DNA of 64,000 nt from Phoronis australis (lineage: Eukaryota > Animalia > Phoronida): assembly GCA_002633005.1 (NCBI GenBank), contig NMRA01000539.1:1-64000 (forward strand). Direction: 5' to 3'. The position numbers and the translations under genes were made by a program. Each line of letters starts with the position of its first letter. The first letter of the stretch is position 1. Of the stretch, positions 37,901 to 49,900 are shown piece after piece. The notes under the pieces were generated by a model, which was given only the letters and a program-made list of their open reading frames with translations, was not told where the DNA came from and did not search any database.

Positions 37901-40900
37901 AATTTGTGTTCTACCCCATTGCGAACTCGAGACGAGCTTCTTGTTTTGTGATTCCTATTGGGTGTGTAATTCAACTTCAACTTAATAACTCTAATATTTT
38001 CAAGATCCCGTGTGGGTTTTCGTATATGTATGCCCTGAATCTCACGACTTAGAGCAAATTAGGGGAAAATGCATGCCTGTTACTGACATTAGTAAGCAGT
38101 GTTGGATTTGGCTTCCATTTTCGTAAGTGTGTTTATAAACATGCTTGGAATTGGTGTTGCAAGTTGCATATCTGTTTGGTGTGGGGGCAGACTATGCAGT
38201 GCGGAGTGGTGCGATGAAGCACCTTCAAAGTTAAGGCTCCAAATTCAAGTTTTGAGTTTGAACTTGAGTTTGTGGCTTAAACAGAATGATCAAGCGTGAA
38301 CTTGGATTATGCACTCATTTATGTGAACTTAATGTACTTCATCACAAAGTCGCAAGACACATATTTCAAGTTAAGTTTAAAAGAAAAACAGAAACTCACT
38401 AAACTATGGTCGATTAGATTTCTGAAAATCACTAAACTATGGTGGATTAGATTTCTGACTCCTGTGATGATTTTTTTGTTGACAGTGCAACAAATATGAA
38501 CGAGCACAGTTCAAGGTCACACGCAATATTCATCATCACCATAGAGTGTAGTGAGGTAAGGTTTACATTTCTTAATTGTTTTTCTTAATATTAATTTAAT
38601 CCTTTATCAAGCTGCAATTTTGTCCATTTAACTGGCTAATAAGGAAATTGAATTAGGTCTTTTAGTCTGATGAAATTGATCTCATAATATACCTTATGGT
38701 GACGGGTTTCTATTTCTGTTTGCATGCATAAATTAAGAACATGCATTAATACAAAAATAATAAGTTTTCACTTTTATTTGTGTCAAGAGTGTCAACAGAA
38801 CGGCTGCAGTTGGCTCTTGATGCTGAATGTAGTGAGAATTAGGTTGCGACAGATTCATCATCTTCATATAAGTCATGTTTCGAGAGGTAAATCTCCGGTT
38901 CATTTTTGCGCTTTTGGATAGCAGTGTTAGAAAGCAACATAACCCATTTCAGACAGTAATGTAAGTCTTTGAAGTTGACAATTTATATGAGAATTTTAAC
39001 CTCACTCATTTTGTTTGTGTGTTTTTTGACTTGGAAATGTTTTGAGTAAAGTTTGGCATAAGTTCTGCTTCTCTATTTCACTGTCTATATTCTATTTACA
39101 GGAAGGTCCCGATGGGGAAAATCACATTCGAGTAGGTAAACTTAACCTCGTGGATTTGGCTGGCAGTGAACGCCAGGGAAAAACAGGGGCAGAGGTGAGA
39201 TATAGATATCACCCAGCAGTACATAAGGTTTTGGGTTATATCTTCAATTGTCAATATGATGGATGCGTCTTTAGTGGCATGCAGTTCATTGGAGTGGTTC
39301 AAGATGGCAAATGTTTTCTTAGACCATAGTCAAATTTCCGGTTGTTTCGTAGCATCATTCTTATAGAAAATGCATCTTTGCGTGGGCACAGAATGCCATC
39401 TTAGGTAAGGCTGGGCATACAAGGTATAAGTTGTGCATGCCAAATGGCATCACATACCACCTTACCACTGTTAAGCTGGCACTGATTCCGTGCAAAGGTT
39501 GAGAGTTGCCTAGTGGGCAAAACTTAGACGTGGAGTACAAATCTGGAGAACATTTCACTAATTCAACCGTTGCTTGTCTGAAGTAATACTTGGGAATGGC
39601 GGAATGAGATAGGTGGCCTCTCTAAGAATGGACCATTATTGATTTGTAGAGGCTTTTGCTAATCGCATGCCAATATTATACCTCACACATCATTTTTGTT
39701 CAAGTCCAAGTGTTCTCATTGATCAGTTAACTGCATTCATGAATCAGCTGCATTCACGAATGTCCTATTGATGTGGTTCTACCCATTCTTGCCCAGGGTA
39801 CAAGGCTGAAAGAGGCGACCAAGATCAACCTGTCCCTGTCAGCCCTGGGTAATGTCATCTCGGCACTGGTGGACGGCAAGAGCTCTCACATCCCTTATAG
39901 GGACTCTAAGTTAACGAGGTTATTGCAAGGTAGGTGGACAGGTGTGCTGAAAGGTGTATAAGTGAGGAAATTTTTTGGTGGGATAGATATCCCCTGGTTG
40001 ATGAGCCGTCACAAATTTGTGAATTTTACAATATTTGATCAGTTTTTATTTAAGGTGATGTAGGACCCTAGAAAAATGGTTAACTGTGGAACATCATATT
40101 TCCAATATGACGGATAACCTCTAAGTCATGTTCAGGCATTCCCTGGCCCTATTCAGTGACATTTTGTCCAGTTCACGTGTTACTGGATGATGACCGGGCT
40201 TCCAAGCTCATAGTCCATTGATTCTTGTATGCGGTGCTTTCATTTCCAGATTCTCTCGGTGGTAATGCTAAAACTATCATGGTGGCTAACTTTGGTCCTG
40301 CTAGTTACAACTATGACGAGACAATAACAACACTTAGGTAAGTGGTATGTTAATGACAAACAGTTGATATGTGCACAAAAATTTACTGTTGTCTAGTTGG
40401 CACTTTGATAATTCTATTGGTTTTTTGTTATCAGAAAAAATGCAAAAATTATCTGTTGACATATTGGCTAAAATCAATGGTAAATCTCAAGTTATATTAA
40501 ATGAAGATTTCTTATCTTGTTATTTTGCTTGTTATTTATCCTACCAATGTTTATTATTAATTATTAATTTCGCTGTATCCGATGTTTTGTCTTTAAATGA
40601 CACCTGTCTACCCAAGAACTGATAAAACTATCTGGACTGTGTAGACAGGAAGTCACGCGCACGATACACTCGTCAAAGGTGACTGTGACTGTCCACCACT
40701 GACTGTCCCCCGTCCACTCTCTCTCAGGTACGCCAACCGTGCCAAGAACATCAAGAACAAGCCTAAGATTAATGAGGACCCCAAGGACGCACTGCTGCGA
40801 GAGTTCCAGGAGGAGATCGCCAGGCTGAAGCAGCACCTGCAGCATAAGGGTGGACCTAAGAAGGGGTCCAAGAAGAAAAAGAGGAGACAGAGGCGTGGCC

Positions 40901-43900
40901 CAGACGGTACGTGGTGCGATCGGTAAAGATAGTTACTCGTGGATGAAGGTTTGCTGTGTGTGGTAATAAGCCTATAAAGTCTCATGAGATCTCATGAGAT
41001 CTTGCCAAACATTCAAGATACGGTAAATCTTCTTCAGTTTAGGGCACAATATGGCAGACAAGTAAAATTTTTATCGTTTTTCCACACAACGCATTCGGCA
41101 CCAAATAAAATGCTTTTTCCATGTTCAAGTTTTGCACCACAGCTACCAGCAGGTAAAGTTTTGAAAAATCGCGAGTATTCACGATTGTTTTATTCATTGA
41201 GACCTACCTCAGGAAGATGGCTCGACTGTCTGGTCGTTTGATACACCTAGCATGGTCTCTTACTATAAGGGAGTGTCAGTATTTAGCAAGTAAGGTATTA
41301 CTTCTGATACAAGAATGGAACAAGTTCAAGACTAGTTTTATAATGGAAAGTGAGGTCTAGTGAAGGTCATTTTCTTATCAAATTTTGAGAGAAAATTTTG
41401 TGTTCGTGCCATGAATATTGTTTTTAACTAAGTACTTGTACTTCACATTTTCAGACTTGATTCTTGGGAGATGCCTGATCAAGTTATTTGGCAGAATGAT
41501 TACGACATGAAAATGACACCTTTTACAAGGGGCTATATCCGTTTCTTTTACAAACTGCCTTGTTGTTGTGTCTCAACCAAAATGGTGTTTAAATCAAGTA
41601 TCCATTGTTCTAGAGGCTTTGGATCCCTACCAGCTCAGGTAATGGTAGGATATAACGTGCCTGCATTTTGAGAACCAGTGTTCTCTACTCAATTTACAGG
41701 CATAAAATTTGATCTCAAAATATAGGCACATCATGTCGAACTATTGCCCCCGCCCAACCATTACAATAATGCATTGAGGGGACACGAGATTCCAATGTCT
41801 GGTTACTACCCTGTTTCCTTTCACCGAGGTCTTGGACTCAGGCCTGACCTTAACAACCAAAATTCCCGTTTAAAGGTGAAGTTATTGATGAAGAAATTGA
41901 GGACGAGACGGAAGAAGATGAAGAGCCCAATGAGGAAGATGAAGCAGAGTACATGAAACAACAACAGGCTAAGTTGGAACAACAGAAGGAGGCCATCTTG
42001 AATGATAAGAATATTATTGCCGAGGTACACTGAGCTCAAGATTGAAGTTCTACTACTTTTGCTTGACATTTTGAGTTTTTTGTTTCAAAATTTCGCTCTG
42101 TGCAACGGATTTTGGCTGAAGCTCTGTTTGAGTTGGATATCAAAAGATTGTATGAATTATGGAAATAAATCAGGGTAGTAAGCAAATGTCAGAAATCGAC
42201 CATGGCATTCAAATTATAGGTGCAAAATACTTTATTGTTTTATTCAGAAAAGATTTCTGATGTGAAGAGTTTGTTTAACAGACCTTGTCAGCTTATTGAT
42301 TCAAGTCTTATGAACCCTTTCAACTTCAAGGAAACGATGTATGCGGTCTCTGTTTTGAGCTGTTGGATGTAAATGACTGAATTTTGGGGACGGTATGGTT
42401 GAATGCAGGATTTTGCATTGATTATAAACTGAGGATCGTATCTTTTCAAATGTATTACCTGTGCCTGGGTCGGTCTTGTCAGTGGTTGACTTTCTGTATA
42501 CTACTGTGCTTGTGATAATGCCTACTTTGTGAAAATTTAGAAACGCAAAAATTCATGGATGGGCCATAGGTGAATACGAGTGTTCAAAGGCAAAGTTACT
42601 GAAAACTCTATAGAATGTGTTTAGCCACATGTGGACATCATCCAAGACAAGTATGATATCACCCGTTTCATTATCTCGTGTCTGTGGCTCACTTTACAGG
42701 AAAAAGAGAAAATGCTAAATGACCTGCAGGATAAAGAGACTAAACTGAAGAAGGAACATGAGGCTAAAGAGCAACTGGCATCTAAGATTAAGGTGAGTGA
42801 GGGGGAGCCGAAGGGCCATGAGTACGGNTGACATTTTGAGTTTTTTGTTTCAAAATTTCGCTCTGTGCAACGGATTTTGGCTGAAGTTCTCTTTGAGTTG
42901 GATATCAAAAGATTGTATGAATTATGGAAATAAATCAGGGTAGTAAGCAAATGTCAGAAATCGACCATGGCATTCAAATTAAAGGTGCAAAATACTTTAT
43001 TGTTTTATTCAGAAAAGATTTCTGATATGAAGGGTTTGTTTAACAGACCTTGTCAGCTTATTGATTAAAGTCTTATGAACCCTTTCAACTTCAAGGAAAC
43101 TATGTATGCGGTCTCTGTTTTGAGCTGTTGGATGTGAATGACTGAATTTTGGGGATGGTATGGTTGAATGCAGGATTTTGCATTGATTATAAACTGAGGA
43201 TCGTATCTTTTCAAATGTATTACCTGTGCCTGGGTCGGTCTTATCAGTGGTTGACTTTCTGTATACTACTGTGCTTGTGATAATGCTCACTTTGTGAAAA
43301 TTTAGAAACGCAAAAATTCATGGATGGGTCATAGGTGAATACGAGTGTTCAAAGGCAAAGTTACTGAAAACTCTATAGAATGTGTGTAGCCACATGTGGA
43401 CATCATCCAAGACAAGTATGATATCGCCCGTTTCATTATCTCGTGTCTGTGGCTCACTTTACAGGAAAAAGAGAAAATGCTAAATGACCTGCAGGATAAA
43501 GAGACTAAACTGAAGAAGGAACATGAGGCTAAAGAGCAACTGGCATCTAAGATTAAGGTGAGTCAGGGGGAGCCGAAGGGCCATGAGTACGGTGGGTCAG
43601 TCTACTGTGGGTCAGGGGGAACAGAGGGCCAAGAGAAAGGTGGGTCAGACTATTGTGGAGCAGATGGGCCAAGATTAAAGTGGGTCAGTGTACTGTGGGT
43701 CAGGAGGAGCATGTGGGTCGAGTGGAAGGTGGGTCGGGCTACTGTGGATTAGGGGGGATAGAGTATTGTGGATCAGGGAGAGAAGCGGGGTCAAGATTAG
43801 GTGGGTTAGCCTTCTTTGGGTGCACATGGAATAGGGGAATGTAGAGTAAGGTGGATCACTTGGAAGGGAAGTAATAAGGATTACACCATATTGCAATGCA

Positions 43901-46900
43901 TGCTGGGAAATGGTTAAACGATTGAATGGAGCTGTTCAGGTTTTTCATAATGAAAAAGAACTGTTGAAATTGCTGTTTTAAAGGATTGTAGCATTGCTGC
44001 TAACGCTGACATTTTTTTCCAGATATTGTTTAAATGCGGACACTTGTTTTATTTTTGCTTCATATTCATGGGACACTTCTTGCAGCATGCTTTACTGCCA
44101 CCTGCTGGTCATTTCTGCTTAATTTCTATACCATTATTCATTCTTTTTGTTTCTCAAACCAGCTTTTTAGATGGATGCTTGTCTCGTCCTTGGAAGCAAA
44201 TCAGATGATTCTTTATATTCTCTTGCCTGCCAAACTCAATATCTGTTCAAACTGCTGATATCTTCACTGTTATATCCCTTGTCTCTTGCCTGCCATACTC
44301 AACATCTGTTCATATTGCTGAAATTTTCACTGTTGTATCCCTTGTCATTTAGGCTATGGAGAGTAAGCTGTTATGTGGTGGCAAAAATATTGTGGATCAC
44401 ACCAATGAGCAACAGAGGGCGCTAGAGCAGAGGCGGCAAGAGATTGCTGAACAAAAGGTATGTTACTGAACATTGTGAAACATTTCTTCTAAGGTTGTGT
44501 CTGTGGTGTAGTTTCAATATGCGTGTATTTAGGTCCATGCACCTGTATGAGAAGGTGTACCTGTAAGGGAAGGACGTGAAGGTGCACCTATGCGTGAAGG
44601 TATGCCTAGTTGCCTATGTGTCAAGGTGTGTCTATATGAGAAGGTGTGCCTATATGTGGAATTACTTGCATATGTGTCTGTGTAAAACTGAGGAGCAAAT
44701 TTTAAAGTTATTTTGTGAGTGAAACTTTACAAAGTTGTTGTGTATGATGTGCATCCAATGTAAAGTACTAAGAATGGACACAAAAAGCACCCAGTTTAAG
44801 ACCATTGTATTGGTGACGTTTCATCATTATTTTACAGGCGATCAGAAGTCAAAAATCATTGAATGTGCTCACTAGTGTTGAGAGCTTGAATACAGTTATA
44901 GAATCATACACTGGTATCTTCTTATTTTATTTTCCGATGTATTTTCTCGTCAACAACAGAATAAGAGAACAAGATGGCTATGGAAAACAGCTCATGGTGG
45001 TGAGCTTGAAATTCACTAGGTGTCGCTAGTGAAATCCCTGCAATAAGATAAATCACCTGGGCCATTGTAACACTATCTCCATGGTGATGAAGTGCTTTCA
45101 AACTATTCAGATGTTAAAAAGGGACCTTTATTCATTAGCGCCACCTAATGGATATGGAGCCTCCCCTTGCTGTCATGTTCTCCTGTTCAAATTAGTGACT
45201 CACTCTCATAATCTGCCATGTTGTTACCAGCGTAAAGAGCGAGAGATACAGCAGAAGCTGGAAACTCATGAAGAGGCGGCCATCGAGGTACAGGAGACAT
45301 TTGTATCGCTTCAACAAGAAGTGGAAGTGAAGACAAAGAAATTAAAGAAGGTAATCCGGAGATTGTTCTGTAGGCCTAATTTCTTGCAAAGAAAGCAAGA
45401 CCTCGCAAAATCACATGAGTGAAAAGCGAGTGTTCTGCAAGTATGCTTGGAAGCTTAATAGTGTATCCTATCAAAATGGCAGCCTCCGAAGTGATTTGTC
45501 AGTGAGGTTGGAGTGGTGAATTGTGGGATTGTTTCCGTTGCAAAAATGATTTTTTTTGCCGGAAGTGTAACATTGTGTCTTGCACTCTTCAAAACTCAGC
45601 CCTGCTATGCGATTCGATTACAGCAAAGAAATGATCATACAAAATTCACTTTCAATCAAGTCATGCCAGTGTAAATTTGTACACCTCGTGCACTTAAGAT
45701 GGGAACATAGCTTTACACTCAGTGTAATTCTGGGTCATTTATCCGATTATTTTTGACCTGTACCGCATGATATAGTTTAAAGTTAATTGCATTATGGGGA
45801 TTTGTTTCCTTCCAAAATCATATTGTGTGATATACTTCGAACCCATTTACATAAGATTCACTAATATTTGGATTAAAAAGATTTGTGTAATATTCCTCTG
45901 TAATTTTTATTTGTTCACACACACGCACACAGTGACACAGTGACATATATATATGTGTGTGTGTGTGTATGTGTTGTTAGTCTTCTTTGTCATCTTTTTT
46001 GAGGTAATTGCTTTGCCTATAATTGGGTAATGTCATTCCCGTTTTCTGGCATAGTTTCCAACAATGTTGTTGTTGAAACAAATTCTTCTCATTTTAAACA
46101 TATTCACTGCATTATGAATGAAGTGTGATGACTTTGAAGTTTTGTGAAGTAGCAACAACCAACATGACAGCCACATCAGTTGCGTGCAAGCTTGGGATGT
46201 TATCTCACCATCTCACGCAGTTACAGGGACGTAATTGGTCTTACATTAGAAAAATGCAGTTTTGGGGTTTTGTGGAATGGGATAGACTTCTTCAAGGTAT
46301 TAACTTTCACCAGAAGTATGAAACATCAGAATTTGTGAATTTATTACAAATCATAATAGCTCGCTTTTGTTTGCCTGGCATTGGCTGAAATCAAGGATAG
46401 TGACTTTGGCAGTGAAATACCCTTGAACTACTCCGTTTGTCGTGTGGTGTTTAGCTACATCGCATAGCGTTGGACTGGTACTGCTGAGGTTGGGAGTTTT
46501 ATTCGGCATGAGGCTGATCTCAGAAAGCCACTTGTCTTGCCAATGATGTTAGCTTAAACCATCTGTTTCCGTTTCCTGCGCAGATGTTTGCCAAGTTGCA
46601 GCAGACAAAGCAGGAGATTCAGGACATCCAGGAGGAGCACGTAAAAGAGCGGCAGGAGTTGGAGCAGACGCAGAATGAGTTGACTAGGGAGCTCAAGTTG
46701 AAGTGAGTCCTGATTGGCTGGGGGTATTCACCAGGGGGCGTTGTGATTTAGTATAGGTTTGGAGCAGACGTGGAATCAGTTGACTAGGGAGGTCAAGTTA
46801 AAGTGAACTCTGATTGGCTGGGGGTATTCACCAGGGGGCGTTGTGATTTAGTATAGGTTTGGAGCAGACGTGGAATCATTTGACTAGGGAGCTCAAGTTG

Positions 46901-49900
46901 AAGTGAGACCCACAATGCAACACGTGTGTCAAGCACTTGTTCTACTTCTTCACATGGAAATGTACTAGTCACTGTTTCATGGTCTAATTACTATGTAATT
47001 CACCATTGTTATGCAGGCAAACTGGCATTTTGAGTTGCCAATGCTAGGAATTTGGCCAAAAGTCAAATAGCGCTGTATGTCCAATTTGTTGTTCTTTCCT
47101 TGTTAATTAACTGAAGAAAGTGTGACATTTTGAAAAATGAATCAGTCGTGCAATGCATTTTCTACCTTTGCGAAAGAGGGGAGCTCCAACTGAGGATGGG
47201 CCCGTTCTGCCTAGTCGTGTTTGTCTATGAAATATGATCAGTTTTGTGCATTTCTTTTGTAGGTTATTGATAATAGAAAACTTCATCCCGTTTGAAGACA
47301 AGAACAGAATACAGGGAAGGGCTCAGTATGACGAGGACGAAGACACATGGAAGATCATGCCATTGCAGAAAAAGTAGGTTAATGACTGAGAAGTTCAGAG
47401 CAGAACATTGTTTGAGTTATCCTCTTTGGATTTACTGTACAATAGTTGTTATCAAGGAATTGGGTNGGGAGCTCAAGTTGAAGTGAGACCCACAATGCAA
47501 CACGTGTGTCAAGCACTTGTTCTACTTCTTCACATGGAAATGTACTAGTCACTGTTTCATGGTCTAATTATTATGTAATTCACCATTGTTATGCAGGCAA
47601 ACTGGCATTTTGAGTTGCCAATGCTAGGAATTTGACCAAAAGTCAAATAGCGCTGTATGTCCAATTTGTTGTTCTTTCCTTGTTAATTAACTGAAGAGAG
47701 TGTGACATTTTGAAAAATGAATCAGTCGTGCAATGCATTTTCTACCTTTGCGAAAGAGGGGAGCTCCAACTGAGGATGGGCCCGTTCTGCCTAGTTGTGT
47801 TTGTCTATGAAATATGATCAGTTTTGTGCATTTCTTTTGTAGGTTATTGATAATAGAAAACTTCATCCCGTTTGAAGACAAGAACAGAATACAGGGAAGG
47901 GCTCAGTATGACGAGGACGAAGACACATGGAAGATCATGCCATTGCAGAAAAAGTAGGTTAATGACTGAGAAGTTCAGAGCAGAACATTGTTTGAGTTAT
48001 CCTCTTTGGATTTACTGTACAATAGTTGTTATCAAGGAATTGGGTTTCTTTGATAATTTTTTACCCAGAATTTTGCCATGGTTTGATTTTTGAAACTTAA
48101 GTCCATCTTATCTCTGTTTTTCTCTGTTTATTTTTGTCTAACTGATTGTACTAAAAAGATTCCAGCAGTGTTTGTTAAACTTTATATCATCCCAGAATCT
48201 CCTGTGCTACCTTCAGGTACGGACATGTAGGTCACAAGTAATTTAATTTCATTTGTGACCTTAACTTATCTCCTTGTTACTAAGGCATTACCTGCAACAG
48301 GGTTCTGCCGAATTTGTTGCAGTACTTGATTTTTACGCGCTCTTGTTTCTACTGCAGTTCCCAACAGATGGCTAAGCGCCCTCTATCAGCAGTGGGTAAC
48401 CGACGGCCAGTAAGTGAGTACGCACGCATGGCTGGGATGATGGGTGGCAACCCTAGGTATAAGGTATGTAAAGGGTTTACTACTGGGACACACTTTAGAC
48501 AGCCAATAGACATAATTTGTTATTGGTGTGCTGTGACGTCCAGTGGAAATATTTTTATAGTGAAACGCTTCATGCGTCCAATAGATAAGATTTATTGTTA
48601 CTACATACTTCTTCCTGGGAATAGACACGTGACATTTTTTGAATAGTCTGTCCAAGCTACTTATTCTGTTATCCATTTCTGGTGTCAACATTTATTCAAT
48701 ATATACATGATGGCTAGATGAGGTGTCCTGTTTCATTTGTCAAGGGTGAAAACATTCTGGCTCTGGAGTTGGATATGCCTAACCGAACAACACGTGACTA
48801 CGAAGGCCCAAGTGTGGCGCCACAGGTACAGGCAGCCCTTGACGCAGCACTGGCGGATGAAGAGGACATAGACATCGATGGAAAGTAAGGAATATTTGCA
48901 TATCTCATGTCATGCCCTGCGTATTAAGGTCACAGATGTCATTATTTTTGAATTTTCTCATAAATGATCAAATAGTGTAAAAGTAAAAAATCACTCAGCT
49001 TATGAATAGATTCAAATTGCTTGGCATGCTTCAGGAAATCTTTCAAACATTGTAAAAGAACAGTGGAAAATTTTTCATTTGCTGTCAGGTCCAGCATCCC
49101 TGTTGTTGACTTGTAGTTTTCTGTACATGTGAAAATAAAATTCCATATAACATCTGTTAGCTCGTAATGCCAAGTTTTCTTAGGTAAATATAGGAACGCA
49201 TAATTATTAAAACCTGTCTGAGACAGTACTGAATGTTTAATCTCCCGGATTTTTGTTCAGACCGGGCTCTGATAGATAACACAAGACACATTCTCTGAGA
49301 AGTCTCATTTCACCAGTGGGGTAATTTTGGATGGGGCCATGAAATTGTAAATTACAGCGGCTACAAACCTGCCTTCCATCACAAGAACTAATATTTGATT
49401 TAGATCACTTACCATCATGAAATTGATCTCAAATTGTTCCTTTGTTGAATTGAAGGTGGTTTCAATGTTTCAAAAGAACGGATGATTGACGTTTTGTGAC
49501 ATAATAAACAAAATGGATTTTTATCCCACATCCCTGTGCCGTTATGGTGCTAACCTGATACTGCACAGCGGAACCCCTGAGGTTTCCAGGGCTTGGAATG
49601 ACTAATGACAAAAAACGCGGAAACTTTTACGGCCCAAACCATGCGCGCTACCCAGCCTTGAAATGGTCGATGTACACCTTTCCCCGACAAAAATCGGGAG
49701 GACTAAAAAAAAAAAAAAACGTTACCGCCATCACTAGCATGCGTCTGCGTCCTTTTAGGTCGTCCTTCCACTCCAAACCCACACATTTTTGGCTGCAGAG
49801 ACGTAGTATTTGTCGCCGCGGTTTACAATGACACGAGAAACCATTGAAAATCCCACCACGCTTACCCAGATGCCCTGGCAATGTTGACAATTTACGTTCC

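Larger units (their letters stand above)
42064..43592. repeat. 764-bp near-identical duplication joined by single N (42828), probable assembly artefact
   Basis: 42064-42827 vs 42829-43592 differ only by scattered substitutions. Confidence 0.9.
46887..48045. repeat. 579-bp near-identical duplication joined by single N (47466), probable assembly artefact
   Basis: 46887-47465 vs 47467-48045. Confidence 0.9.
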
